DNA from: Pseudomonadota bacterium
Lineage (GTDB): Bacteria > Pseudomonadota > Alphaproteobacteria > RF32 > CAG-239
DNA length: 64,000 nucleotides
NCBI GenBank assembly: GCA_918234285.1
Contig: CAKJXZ020000028.1
Coordinates: forward strand, 1-64,000
Direction: 5' to 3'
Below the pieces are notes generated by a model. That model was not told the DNA's origin, did no database searches, and saw only the letters and a program-made list of their open reading frames with translations. The position numbers were made by a program, and so were the translations under genes. Positions within the stretch are counted from its first letter, which is position 1. Each line of letters opens with the position of its first letter. Positions 39,566-48,420 of this stretch are shown here, piece after piece.

Positions 39566-39781
39566 ATGAAAAGAGCGTATGTAAATCCTGATTTGTGTAT
39601 CGGTTGCGGACTTTGTGTCAGTACGGTGCCGGAAGTTTTTCGGATTAATGCCGACGGAATCTCCGAAGCTTATGCCGAAACGCCGGACGATATGCAAGAA
39701 GATGTGAAAGAGGCGGTTCATTCTTGCCCCGTCGGTGCCATTTCGATTATCGATGAAAATATGCCGGCTGATAATATATAA
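39566..39781 (+). CDS. Single-cluster ferredoxin
   Basis: CIGCGLC...PEVF...CPVGAI. Confidence 0.93.
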   Translation: MKRAYVNPDLCIGCGLCVSTVPEVFRINADGISEAYAETPDDMQEDVKEAVHSCPVGAISIIDENMPADNI

Positions 39782-39790
39782 TCCGTCGTA

Positions 39791-40297
39791 TTACGCGGCT
39801 GTCCGGCGGTGGCGAATAATTTGCAATGTCGTCCAGACACTTAACACCACATCGGTAATCGCCGAAGGGTAAGCCTGAACATAGAAATCGTGCACGAACC
39901 ACAGCGCCAAATTAGAAATCAGCGCATAACGCATTTGTTGCTCATTGCGGGTGGTGTGCATCAAAACCGTATAACTGGCCGAAGCAATAATCGGAAATAG
40001 CCCGATTATGCCGCGGTTGTTGGCCCACAGTCCGGCGACAATGCACATGAGTATCAAGACAAATGTCAGCTTTTCGGTCAGCTTGTTTTTATAGGCTAAA
40101 ATGTTGCGAACAAGCGCTACACTGTTGGTGGTTAAGGCGGCGTAAGTATATAGAGCGATGTTGGATAAAATGCAAAAAATCACATCCAATATCTGCCACC
40201 AAATTAAATCGTTTTTATTTTTTTTGATGACCGATATGGCAATACAAACAGCAGATAACAAAGAGAAAATATTGCCGATGATAAGATAAGCAGGCAT
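39791..40297 (-). CDS. YgjV-family inner membrane protein
   Basis: Multi-TM; RNIL and R..L..N..LW.VHD patterns. Confidence 0.75.
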   Translation of the reverse strand: MPAYLIIGNIFSLLSAVCIAISVIKKNKNDLIWWQILDVIFCILSNIALYTYAALTTNSVALVRNILAYKNKLTEKLTFVLILMCIVAGLWANNRGIIGLFPIIASASYTVLMHTTRNEQQMRYALISNLALWFVHDFYVQAYPSAITDVVLSVWTTLQIIRHRRTAA

Positions 40298-40302
40298 CAG
40301 AC

Positions 40303-40728
40303 TTATTCCCAAAATTGTGTGGCAAAAGCAAATTTATCACGGCCGTTGATGTTTTCTATCGCATCATTTTGCAAAATCAACGGCAGTTCAACCGCAACAA
40401 AAGTGCTGCGCTTATCAGCATTGTCAACAAACGCGGTAACGTTGCCCGAAGCCGCGAAAATAAAGCGACGAGAAGCGGTTGCCCAAATTTTCAGCAATTC
40501 GGGGTCAGGGTTATCGTTGCCGGTTTCCAAACCCAGCGCCATCAATTTTTGGCCGCAAGGCGTGTCGTCTAAAGTGCAAAAACCGGAGTGGTCAGCTAAA
40601 AAACGCAAAGCTCTGCGCTTGTTTTCATCGGTCGGTTGATAGCTGATACTGTATAACACCACGCTGTTCGGCGGAGTAGAGACATCTTCGTTTTCGGCGA
40701 TTTGTCGGGCCAAAGCCAACTTATCCAT
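40303..40728 (-). CDS. Stand-alone CD38/ADP-ribosyl cyclase-like NAD+ glycohydrolase domain
   Basis: Colinear matches to recalled CD38 motifs: VVLYS, TLDDT..G, W.T.SRRF..AA and DK.STF..VE. Confidence 0.7.
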   Translation of the reverse strand: MDKLALARQIAENEDVSTPPNSVVLYSISYQPTDENKRRALRFLADHSGFCTLDDTPCGQKLMALGLETGNDNPDPELLKIWATASRRFIFAASGNVTAFVDNADKRSTFVAVELPLILQNDAIENINGRDKFAFATQFWE

Positions 40729-40759
40729 GCATTTTACCCTTTATGAGTACATAAGATAT

Positions 40760-41314
40760 TTATTCATCGGCAGTTTTTGTAAGAACTTTCGATTTGCGCG
40801 TATAATGACGACGCTGCGGTTTAGCCTCGGCCTCGGTTTCGGAAGAATTTGTTTCGGTAACCGATTCGGCAGAATTACTGGCATCGATGACAGTAAAGGC
40901 ACGAGTACGACGCGGTTTACGCACCGGCTCGGTTGATTGTGCCGGAGTCTCGTTTGCCGCAGGTGCCGGTTCGGCACTTTGCGTTTCTACCAAGCCGTTG
41001 TTTACCGATTCGCCGGAATTATTTTCGGTCGCAGACGTTTCCGCACCGTTGTTACCATTTTGATTATCGCGCGCTTGATATTTGCGCTCGTTGATTTCGG
41101 TTACGATTTTGCGATAATGTTCGGCATATTGGCGAAATACTTCCATACCGACATAATCGCCGTTGTTTTGGGCTTCTTTAGCCAATTCGTTATAGCGTTT
41201 AATTAAATCAAGTGCCGTACCGCTGCACTTGCCGGCCGGGCTGACACTGTCAAATTTATAATTCAAAGAATATACGGCATTGCCGCGAAACTTATTGTTG
41301 TTGATTTTTTTCAT
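40760..41314 (-). CDS. DUF4167 protein
   Basis: FDS..P..K..G.A.....RY..LA.EA...GD.V..E...QYAEHY; follows prmC as in other alphaproteobacteria. Confidence 0.88.
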   Translation of the reverse strand: MKKINNNKFRGNAVYSLNYKFDSVSPAGKCSGTALDLIKRYNELAKEAQNNGDYVGMEVFRQYAEHYRKIVTEINERKYQARDNQNGNNGAETSATENNSGESVNNGLVETQSAEPAPAANETPAQSTEPVRKPRRTRAFTVIDASNSAESVTETNSSETEAEAKPQRRHYTRKSKVLTKTADE

Positions 41315-41467
41315 GTAAATCCATTCAATTTTTTGCTAATTTTTCTTTTTACCGGGCGACCAAAAATGCCCTAGGTCAATTATATACTTGCTTTTTTTGC
41401 TTTTGGCAACTGCTTTTTATAAAATATCGGCGAATTGTGAAAACTAAACTTTTTCCTTAATATGTGC

Positions 41468-42313
41468 TTATTTGCTTTTTTGCAAAACGACACAACGGTC
41501 GATGCCGCTCAAATCGGCGATGGTGCGGATATGTTTCAGCCCCTGTCGCGTAAATATATCGGCGATTTCGTCAGCTTGACCGATTCCGGCTTCAAGCAAG
41601 ATATAGCCGCCGTCTTGCAATAAATTCGGCGCGATTGCGGCGATTCGCTTATAGCTGTCGAACCCGTCTTTACCACCGTCGAGTGCAGCTCTAGGGTCAT
41701 AATTTTTTACTTCCGGTTCAAGCGTAAAAATGTCGGCTGTCGGAATGTACGGCGGGTTACTGACAATCATACCAAATTTCTCACCGATTCGCTCGCAAAA
41801 GTCAGCGGCAAACCAGTCGGCTTGAATAAATCGCAGACGCTTATTTATTCCTAAATTTTCGGCATTTTTACGGGCAATATTCAAACTTTTTTCCGATATA
41901 TCAACCGCAATACCGTCTGCAGAAAGTCTCTCCGCCAGAATTGATTCGATAATACATCCGCTTCCGGTTCCCAAATCTAAAACGGTGCTTTTGTCGTCCG
42001 GTAACAATTTTAAGGCTTCTTCCACCAAAATTTCGGTATCTGCCCGCGGCGACAACACGTTTTCATCAACCGCAAAATCAAATTTATAAAACTCGCGGTG
42101 TCCCAAAATTTTATCAAGAGGCTTATGCCGCAATCTTTGTTTAAGTAAAGCATTAAGTTTTGCAAGTTGTGCGTCATTCAGTGTTGTGTCGGCAAACACC
42201 AGCGTCGGCGCTTTTTTGAGCACGGAGGCAATCAGCAAACGGGCTTCCAGACGCGGACCTGAAATGCCGGCGGCGGCTAATTCGGCAACAATCTGTTCGA
42301 AGATGGTGCTCAT
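41468..42313 (-). CDS. prmC: Release factor glutamine methyltransferase
   Basis: LSPRADTE, LDLGTGSG and SNPPYI. Confidence 0.96.
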   Translation of the reverse strand: MSTIFEQIVAELAAAGISGPRLEARLLIASVLKKAPTLVFADTTLNDAQLAKLNALLKQRLRHKPLDKILGHREFYKFDFAVDENVLSPRADTEILVEEALKLLPDDKSTVLDLGTGSGCIIESILAERLSADGIAVDISEKSLNIARKNAENLGINKRLRFIQADWFAADFCERIGEKFGMIVSNPPYIPTADIFTLEPEVKNYDPRAALDGGKDGFDSYKRIAAIAPNLLQDGGYILLEAGIGQADEIADIFTRQGLKHIRTIADLSGIDRCVVLQKSK

Positions 42314-43215
42314 TCCGCTGCAGCCATAGTTTGTTTAACTTCATCCGAAAGTTTTTCAAAGGCGCGTTTTTCGATTTGGCGCACTCTCTCGCGGCTGATT
42401 TGGAATTTTTCGCCGATTTCATCCAAAGTTTCCGGGGTTTCGGTCAGCATGCGGTTCTTGACGATATATTGCTCGCGGTCGTTGAGTTTGGAAATTGCCT
42501 GCAACAAAATACGGCGCTTTAATTCAGCCTCTTCCCGACGCGCGTAACTACCCTCAATATTTTGCGTTTTATCGGCCAACAAGTCGATGGCTTCAACTGC
42601 GTCATCATCGTGCCCGACCGCAACATTGAGTGAACTGTCTCCGCCGATACGGCGATTCATTTCCACCACGTCTCTTTCATCAACCACCAACTCGTTGGCA
42701 ATTTGTTTGACCTCGCTCGGAGCTAATTCTTTATTATCGTAAAGACCAAGACGTGCTTTGATTCTGCTTAGATTATAAAAAAGTTTTTTCTGCGCCGCCA
42801 CCGTGCCGATTTTAACAAGCGACCACGAACGCAAAACAAAATCGTTGAGCGCGGCCTTAATCCACAACATGGCATAAGTGGAGAGGCGAACATTTTTGTT
42901 GATGTCGAATTTTTTAACCGCCTGCATCAAACCGATGTTGGCTTCGGAAATCAAATCCGCCGTCGGTAAACCGTAGCGGCGATAAGTGAGCGCGATTTTA
43001 ACCGCCAGCCGCAAATGCGACGTAATAAGTTTTTGCGCCGCCTGCAAATCGCCTTTTTCCTTGAACTGGCGCACCAAATCAATTTCTTCTTCCGGGCTCA
43101 GTACCGGAAACTGTTTGATTTGTTGCAAATAGCGATGTAAGCCGTCATCATCGATAACGACCGGCAAATTGGATTTATTTTCGTATACAACAAGATCCGT
43201 GCGGTTGCTCATCAA
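42310..43215 (-). CDS. rpoH: RNA polymerase sigma-32 factor
   Basis: LRSWSLVKIGT..AQKKLFYNL (RpoH box) and SRERVRQIE. Confidence 0.93.
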   Translation of the reverse strand: MMSNRTDLVVYENKSNLPVVIDDDGLHRYLQQIKQFPVLSPEEEIDLVRQFKEKGDLQAAQKLITSHLRLAVKIALTYRRYGLPTADLISEANIGLMQAVKKFDINKNVRLSTYAMLWIKAALNDFVLRSWSLVKIGTVAAQKKLFYNLSRIKARLGLYDNKELAPSEVKQIANELVVDERDVVEMNRRIGGDSSLNVAVGHDDDAVEAIDLLADKTQNIEGSYARREEAELKRRILLQAISKLNDREQYIVKNRMLTETPETLDEIGEKFQISRERVRQIEKRAFEKLSDEVKQTMAAAE

Positions 43216-43218
43216 AAC

Positions 43219-43860
43219 CTACCGATTAAAAATAAAAGTTGCATCATCCATTTTTTCCGGCAACAATATTATGTTGGTAACAACAACCTTGTAGCGGTCA
43301 AGATACGGATAAATAATGATATAAATATCCTTAAACTTTTTGGATTTATTATTATAACTGGCGCAAATACGATGGATTTCCCGATTTTCGTTGATTCGGA
43401 GATTAGCCAAAGCGGCCGATGCTTCAAAATTTCCGCGTAGGGCATCCTTGGTTACCTCTTCAAACTGATGCAGGTTGTTGACGAGCAAAATACGCGAACG
43501 CTTTTCGTGTACGGAATTTGTCGGCTTAATCTGCTCGGAAGTAAAGATAAAATCTTTTACCTGCTTAAACAAATCTTTGTCATCGCACAACAAATCCGGC
43601 CGCGGTGTTTCGTTGGCAATATAGTTCAAATCGGAATTTTCTTCCTGCATTTTTTCGGATTCGGACAAGTGCGTTTCAAGCGGTTTAACGGACGTATCGT
43701 CAGTCAATTCATCCGCTTGCGGCTCGCTGTTTTCCGCCGGCACATTTTCTATAACTTCTGGTTTTAGAGCGTTTTCGGCATCTTCAGTCGTTTCTTGCGC
43801 AGTTGCCGCAAAAATTAAAGAGCCGAAACAGAAAATAAATGCCGTCAGAAATTTTTTCAT
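43219..43860 (-). CDS. Secreted hypothetical protein
   Basis: Signal peptide, acidic linker, Cys pair; overlaps/abuts asnS and rpoH in one operon. Confidence 0.75.
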   Translation of the reverse strand: MKKFLTAFIFCFGSLIFAATAQETTEDAENALKPEVIENVPAENSEPQADELTDDTSVKPLETHLSESEKMQEENSDLNYIANETPRPDLLCDDKDLFKQVKDFIFTSEQIKPTNSVHEKRSRILLVNNLHQFEEVTKDALRGNFEASAALANLRINENREIHRICASYNNKSKKFKDIYIIIYPYLDRYKVVVTNIILLPEKMDDATFIFNR

Positions 43861-43869
43861 CGTTTATCC

Positions 43870-45258
43870 TTAAAATGCCACCGACTTCGGAGTACGCGGG
43901 AATGGGATGGTGTCGCGAATGTTGGTAATACCGGTAACCAGCATCATCATGCGCTCAAAGCCCAAACCGAAACCGGCGTGCGGCACCGTGCCGTATTTAC
44001 GCGAGTCGAGATACCATTCGTAATTTTTGATGTCCATACCCAAATCCTTGATTTTTTTAACCAAAACATCATAGCGGTCTTCACGTTGCGAACCGCCGAT
44101 AAGCTCGCCGATTCTCGGTACCAAAACGTCCATTGCCGCCACGGTTTTACCGTCTTCGTTGAGGCGCATATAAAACGCTTTGATTTCTTGCGGATAATCG
44201 CGCACAATTACCGGACGCTTAAAGTGTTCTTCCGCCAGAAAACGCTCGTGTTCCGTTTGCAAATCAATCCCGTATTCCGGCGTATATTCAAATTTTTTGC
44301 CGGATTTTTTCATAATTTCGATAGCTTCGGTATATGTAATGCGGGCAAAGCCGTTTTCCACGATATTGCTCAAAGTTTGTTTCAGCGTCGGATCGATGAA
44401 TTTTTCAAACAAATCCAAATCATCGGCGCAGTTTTCCATAATATCCTTAACCAGATAGCGCACCATATCCTCGGCCAAATCCATATCGTCATTAAGATCG
44501 GCAAACGCCATTTCCGGCTCAATCATCCAAAATTCGGCAGCGTGGCGCGGCGTGTTGGAATTTTCGGCACGGAAAGTCGGTCCGAAAGTATAAATATCGC
44601 CCAAAGCGCAGGCATACATTTCGCCGTTGAGCTGGCCGGAAACGGTCAAACTCGATTTTTTGCCGAAGAAATCTTTGCCGTAATCAACTTCGCCGTTCGG
44701 CAACAGCGGCGGATTCTTCAAATCAAGCGTCGTAACCTGAAACATTTCGCCGGCACCCTCGCAGTCGGAAGCCGTAATCAGCGGAGTGTGAACATACACA
44801 AAGCCGCGGTTTTGGAAAAACTGGTGAATGGCATACGAAAGCCGCGAGCGTACACGAAAAGCCGCACCATATTTATTGGTACGCGGACGTAAGTGGGCAA
44901 TCGAACGCAAAAATTCGTCGCTCATACCCTTTTTTTGCAACGGATAATCGTCCGGTGCAATACCGTAAATTTCGATATTTTCGGCCTTAATTTCGTATTT
45001 TTGTTTGCCGCCGGCGGATTCGATAAGCGCGCCCTTAACCGCAATCGACGAGCCGGTGGTCAGCTTTTTAATCTCATCATAATTATTGAGGGTATTATTG
45101 GCGATAACCTGAATATTTTTCAAACACGAACCGTCGTTCACTTCAATAAACGAAAAATCCTTGGAGTCGCGTTTTGTTTTAACCCAACCTTTTACCAACA
45201 CTTCGGCAATAGTCTGCTCGGAAGCCAATAATTTTTTAATTTTAGTTCTTTTTAACAT
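43870..45258 (-). CDS. asnS: Asparagine-tRNA ligase
   Basis: [42 protein letters not shown] and GFGLGFER. Confidence 0.97.
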   Translation of the reverse strand: MLKRTKIKKLLASEQTIAEVLVKGWVKTKRDSKDFSFIEVNDGSCLKNIQVIANNTLNNYDEIKKLTTGSSIAVKGALIESAGGKQKYEIKAENIEIYGIAPDDYPLQKKGMSDEFLRSIAHLRPRTNKYGAAFRVRSRLSYAIHQFFQNRGFVYVHTPLITASDCEGAGEMFQVTTLDLKNPPLLPNGEVDYGKDFFGKKSSLTVSGQLNGEMYACALGDIYTFGPTFRAENSNTPRHAAEFWMIEPEMAFADLNDDMDLAEDMVRYLVKDIMENCADDLDLFEKFIDPTLKQTLSNIVENGFARITYTEAIEIMKKSGKKFEYTPEYGIDLQTEHERFLAEEHFKRPVIVRDYPQEIKAFYMRLNEDGKTVAAMDVLVPRIGELIGGSQREDRYDVLVKKIKDLGMDIKNYEWYLDSRKYGTVPHAGFGLGFERMMMLVTGITNIRDTIPFPRTPKSVAF

Positions 45259-45388
45259 TTTTCCCTCTGATAAGTTTTAAAAATCAAAATTTTATGCACT
45301 ATATAACATTGATATTTAATTGTCTAGTCTTGACAACAAAAAAAGTTATGGATAATTATGTATATAGTTAATATTTAGGAGATACGCA

Positions 45389-45844
45389 ATGAAAAAAGCA
45401 ATATTATTCGCCGTTCCGGTTATTTTGGCTGTTGCCGCCTGCACCCCGCGCATCGGCAGTAACGATTATGATTATGACTCGGTTCGCCAGGCCAGCAACG
45501 GTTTTCCGTGCACGGTTATGTCGGTACGCCAGGTAAATGTCAGCAGTAGTGATAACTCTACCGGCGGTGTACTCGGCGGTGTTGCCGGCGGTGTGGCCGG
45601 TTCAACCATCGGTCACGGCAGCAGCGCTCATACATTAGGTGCTATCGGCGGTGCTTTGGCCGGTATGGCGGTAGGTGCTTTGGCCCAAGATCAGATTATG
45701 AGCCAGGGCGGCTACGAATATGTGGTTCGTACCGACAGCGGTCAGATTTACAGCGTAACCCAAGGTACGGATACGTTGTTGTCGGCCGGTCAGAGATGTA
45801 TGCTGATTAACGGCGCAACTTCAAGAATTATTCCGTATTACTGA
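45389..45844 (+). CDS. SlyB-like glycine-zipper outer-membrane lipoprotein
   Basis: Lipobox VAA|C; GGVLGGVAGGVAGSTIG zipper. Confidence 0.88.
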   Translation: MKKAILFAVPVILAVAACTPRIGSNDYDYDSVRQASNGFPCTVMSVRQVNVSSSDNSTGGVLGGVAGGVAGSTIGHGSSAHTLGAIGGALAGMAVGALAQDQIMSQGGYEYVVRTDSGQIYSVTQGTDTLLSAGQRCMLINGATSRIIPYY

Positions 45845-45995
45845 TAATTTCGGAATAATATTTCGGGAAAGAAAAACCGCTGAGTTATGGTGCTCGGCGG
45901 TTTTTGGTTTGACGCATGGTGCATAAAAATACGCACAGGTGCAAAAAAAGCTTGCGAAAATAAAAATATCGGTTTATACAGGTGTAGATTTGAAT

Positions 45996-46086
45996 GGATA
46001 GATGGCCGAGTGGTCGAAGGCGCACGATTGGAAATCGTGTGTACCTCCAAAGGGTACCGTGAGTTCGAATCTCACTCTATCCGCCA
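45996..46086 (+). tRNA. tRNA-Ser(GGA)
   Basis: Acceptor GGATAGA/TCTATCC; anticodon arm CACGA-TTGGAAA-TCGTG; long variable arm; GTTCGAAT; CCA end. Confidence 0.97.
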
Positions 46087-46087
46087 T

Positions 46088-46130
46088 TAAAAATAAAAGG
46101 GTACCAAAGACGGTACCCTTTTTATTTTTA
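46088..46130 (+). terminator. Terminator after tRNA-Ser
   Basis: AAAATAAAAGGGTACC/GGTACCCTTTTTATTTT. Confidence 0.85.
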
Positions 46131-46145
46131 ACCGTACAGAGTCGA

Positions 46146-46265
46146 ATTCGAACTCACGGGGTAGAGGTTCGACGACGAATGAGAGGCGGACGGGAGTACG
46201 CCGGTGAGCGACAGCGAACGAATGAGGAGAACGAAGCGTAGCGAAGTAATCTCACTCTATCCGCC
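46146..46265. repeat. tRNA-linked repeat: inverted T-arm copy plus duplicated tRNA 3' end
   Basis: ATTCGAACTCACGG 46146-46159 is the reverse complement of the T-arm; AATCTCACTCTATCCGCC 46248-46265 repeats the 3' end. Confidence 0.85.
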
Positions 46266-46270
46266 GTTCT

Positions 46271-46400
46271 GATTTGCGCTCCGCAAAGATAAGATCCCTG
46301 GATGCGGTGATGCGCCGCACACCGCAAGGGATGACTATAAATACTGAGGACGCAAAGCGATGTATTGAGATTACCACGTCGCTATGTTCCTTGTAATGAC
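46271..46400 (-). repeat. REP-like half element (variant of the pilin-flanking repeat) plus a second REP half
   Basis: Reverse complement of 46271-46335 is GTCATCCCTTGCGGTG...AGGGATCTTATCTTTGCGGAGCGCAAATC; 46366-46400 GAGATTACCACGTCGC...GTAATGAC. Confidence 0.75.
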
Positions 46401-46428
46401 GAGTCCTGTTTTCGGAGATGTTTCTATT

Positions 46429-47496
46429 TTACAGTTCGCCCTTCAGCAGTCGGATGGCTTGGTCGATATCTTCTTCTTTGTCGACGCGTTTTTCGCCGTA
46501 ACAACCTTCGCTTGTTTTACCACTCAGGCAAACATCCGGCTCAATGCCTTTTTTATGAATTACCTTGCCGCTCGGGGTGAAAAATTGCTCGGTCGTCAAC
46601 ACCAAACGCCCGCCGTTACTCATTTGCGTAACGCTTTGAATCGTACCTTTGCCGAAACTGTGAGTACCGATAAGTTTGGCGCGTGATTGTTCCTGCAATC
46701 CGCCGGACAGAACCTCTGCCGCCGAGGCCGTGTCGCCGTCAATCATAATCACCAACGGACCGGTATACAGCGGATTCTCTTTGGAAGTGTAATAGTGAAT
46801 ATTTTCGTTATTGCGGCCGGCGGTGTAGGTAATTATTTCGTTATCGCAAAACAAATTGGCAACCTTCAGCGCCTCGTTGAACATACCGCCGCTGTTGCCG
46901 CGCAAATCGAGCACCACTCCTTTAACGTCGCGATTATTTTCTAACGCCTGCTGTACCAATTTGCCGGTTTGCTTGTTGAAAGTGCGGACTTTTAAGTATA
47001 AAACATCGTCGATTAAACGGTCTTTGAAAAGCGTGTAAACCTCGTTTTTGTGCGCATCTTCGTCATAATCGTATTCCGAATAATAATGCGAATATTCATC
47101 AAGTCTTTCCGTCATTTTTTTCATTACGCGGTCCGGCAATTCAAAGTCTTTGACGTCGGCAATCTCAGAAATTTCGGTGGTGGCATTGAGCAACTTAGAA
47201 AGCGTTTCAATCCACGCATAAACGTCGTCGCCGTTTTTCGGAAAAGGCACGGCGCGATTGATGACGCGGTTGTAATAAATATAAAAACGGTCGCGCCCTT
47301 TGGAAAAAGTGAATTTGTTATCCAAATCGGTCACGGCTTGCAGACCGGCCAAAATCAGTTCGGCATTATCAACCGGCTCATAATATTGGCGATTGACGGT
47401 AGTCAGCATTTCGTTGACCAGATGGGTGTCGATATTGTTTTTGGCGGCGGCGGAAAACGGTAACAATAAAAGCAGAGCGGTCAGCAGTCGATACAT
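46429..47496 (-). CDS. S41 (Ctp-like) peptidase lacking a PDZ domain
   Basis: LDEYSHY, LDLRGNSGG, TASAAE, FGKGTIQ and TPSG. Confidence 0.88.
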   Translation of the reverse strand: MYRLLTALLLLLPFSAAAKNNIDTHLVNEMLTTVNRQYYEPVDNAELILAGLQAVTDLDNKFTFSKGRDRFYIYYNRVINRAVPFPKNGDDVYAWIETLSKLLNATTEISEIADVKDFELPDRVMKKMTERLDEYSHYYSEYDYDEDAHKNEVYTLFKDRLIDDVLYLKVRTFNKQTGKLVQQALENNRDVKGVVLDLRGNSGGMFNEALKVANLFCDNEIITYTAGRNNENIHYYTSKENPLYTGPLVIMIDGDTASAAEVLSGGLQEQSRAKLIGTHSFGKGTIQSVTQMSNGGRLVLTTEQFFTPSGKVIHKKGIEPDVCLSGKTSEGCYGEKRVDKEEDIDQAIRLLKGEL

Positions 47497-47498
47497 TT

Positions 47499-48293
47499 TT
47501 AATCCTCAAATTCAGCGGTTAAAACAGTGTGGTCGGAGGCTTTTTCTTTGGCGCGGAAATCGCGGTCAACGGTGCACGAAAGCAGACTGTCGGTAAGTGC
47601 CGGCGAACTCAAAATATAGTCAATGCGCAACCCCAAATCATTTTGTAGCGAACCGGCATTATAGTCCCAGAAAGTGTAGCCGTTCGGCTCCGGATACAGT
47701 GTGCGATAAGTGTCGCACCAGCCGGAACGTAGCAGCAGTTTCAGGCGGTTACGCACTTCAGGCCGATATAGCGCGTCGCCGGCAAACAGCTCGGGATTAT
47801 ACACGTCGTGCGGCGTCAAAATTACATTAAAATCGCCGCCGAGAATAACGTTTTTATACATTTGTAACAGCTTATCCGCATGACTTTGCAACGCATCCAT
47901 CCAACGCAGTTTATACGCAAATTTTGAATTGTCGGCCGGGTTGTTATACGGCGGATTGCCGTTGGGCAAATAGAGCGAAGCGATAACATATTTTTGGTTA
48001 TTGATAACAGTTTCGCACTCCAGATAGCGGGCGTTTTCTTCGGCATAATTCGGCAGATTTTCCGTACGAACGGTCAGAGGATGACGGCTTAAAATCGCGA
48101 CGCCGTTATAGCTTTTCTGCCCCAAAATTTTAGCCTCGTAACCTTGCATTTGCAAATCAAAAAACGGAAAATTGTTAAACTCGGTTTTGATTTCTTGTAA
48201 CAATAAAACATCGGGCTGATTTCGGCCGAGCCAATCGCACAAATTGGCGATTCTGGCATTAACGGAATTGACGTTGAGCGTGGCAATTTTCAT
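47499..48293 (-). CDS. xth: Exodeoxyribonuclease III
   Basis: NVNS, LQEIK, YNGVA, YLPNG, GDFN, RIDY and SDH. Confidence 0.96.
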   Translation of the reverse strand: MKIATLNVNSVNARIANLCDWLGRNQPDVLLLQEIKTEFNNFPFFDLQMQGYEAKILGQKSYNGVAILSRHPLTVRTENLPNYAEENARYLECETVINNQKYVIASLYLPNGNPPYNNPADNSKFAYKLRWMDALQSHADKLLQMYKNVILGGDFNVILTPHDVYNPELFAGDALYRPEVRNRLKLLLRSGWCDTYRTLYPEPNGYTFWDYNAGSLQNDLGLRIDYILSSPALTDSLLSCTVDRDFRAKEKASDHTVLTAEFED

Positions 48294-48420
48294 AAATTTT
48301 CCCCTCCGACAAAATATTACTATCGTTTTGCGCGCAATGTAAAGAAATTTTTTATTCTGTTAAGTGATTTTAAACCATAAATCGGTATAACAAATTAAGA
48401 ATAAAAAAAAGGGGTTTACC

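Noticed and set aside
46087-46265. Intact genomic island between attL and attR at tRNA-Ser
   Set aside because: Only about 160 bp lie between the repeats and there is no integrase; kept only as a remnant.
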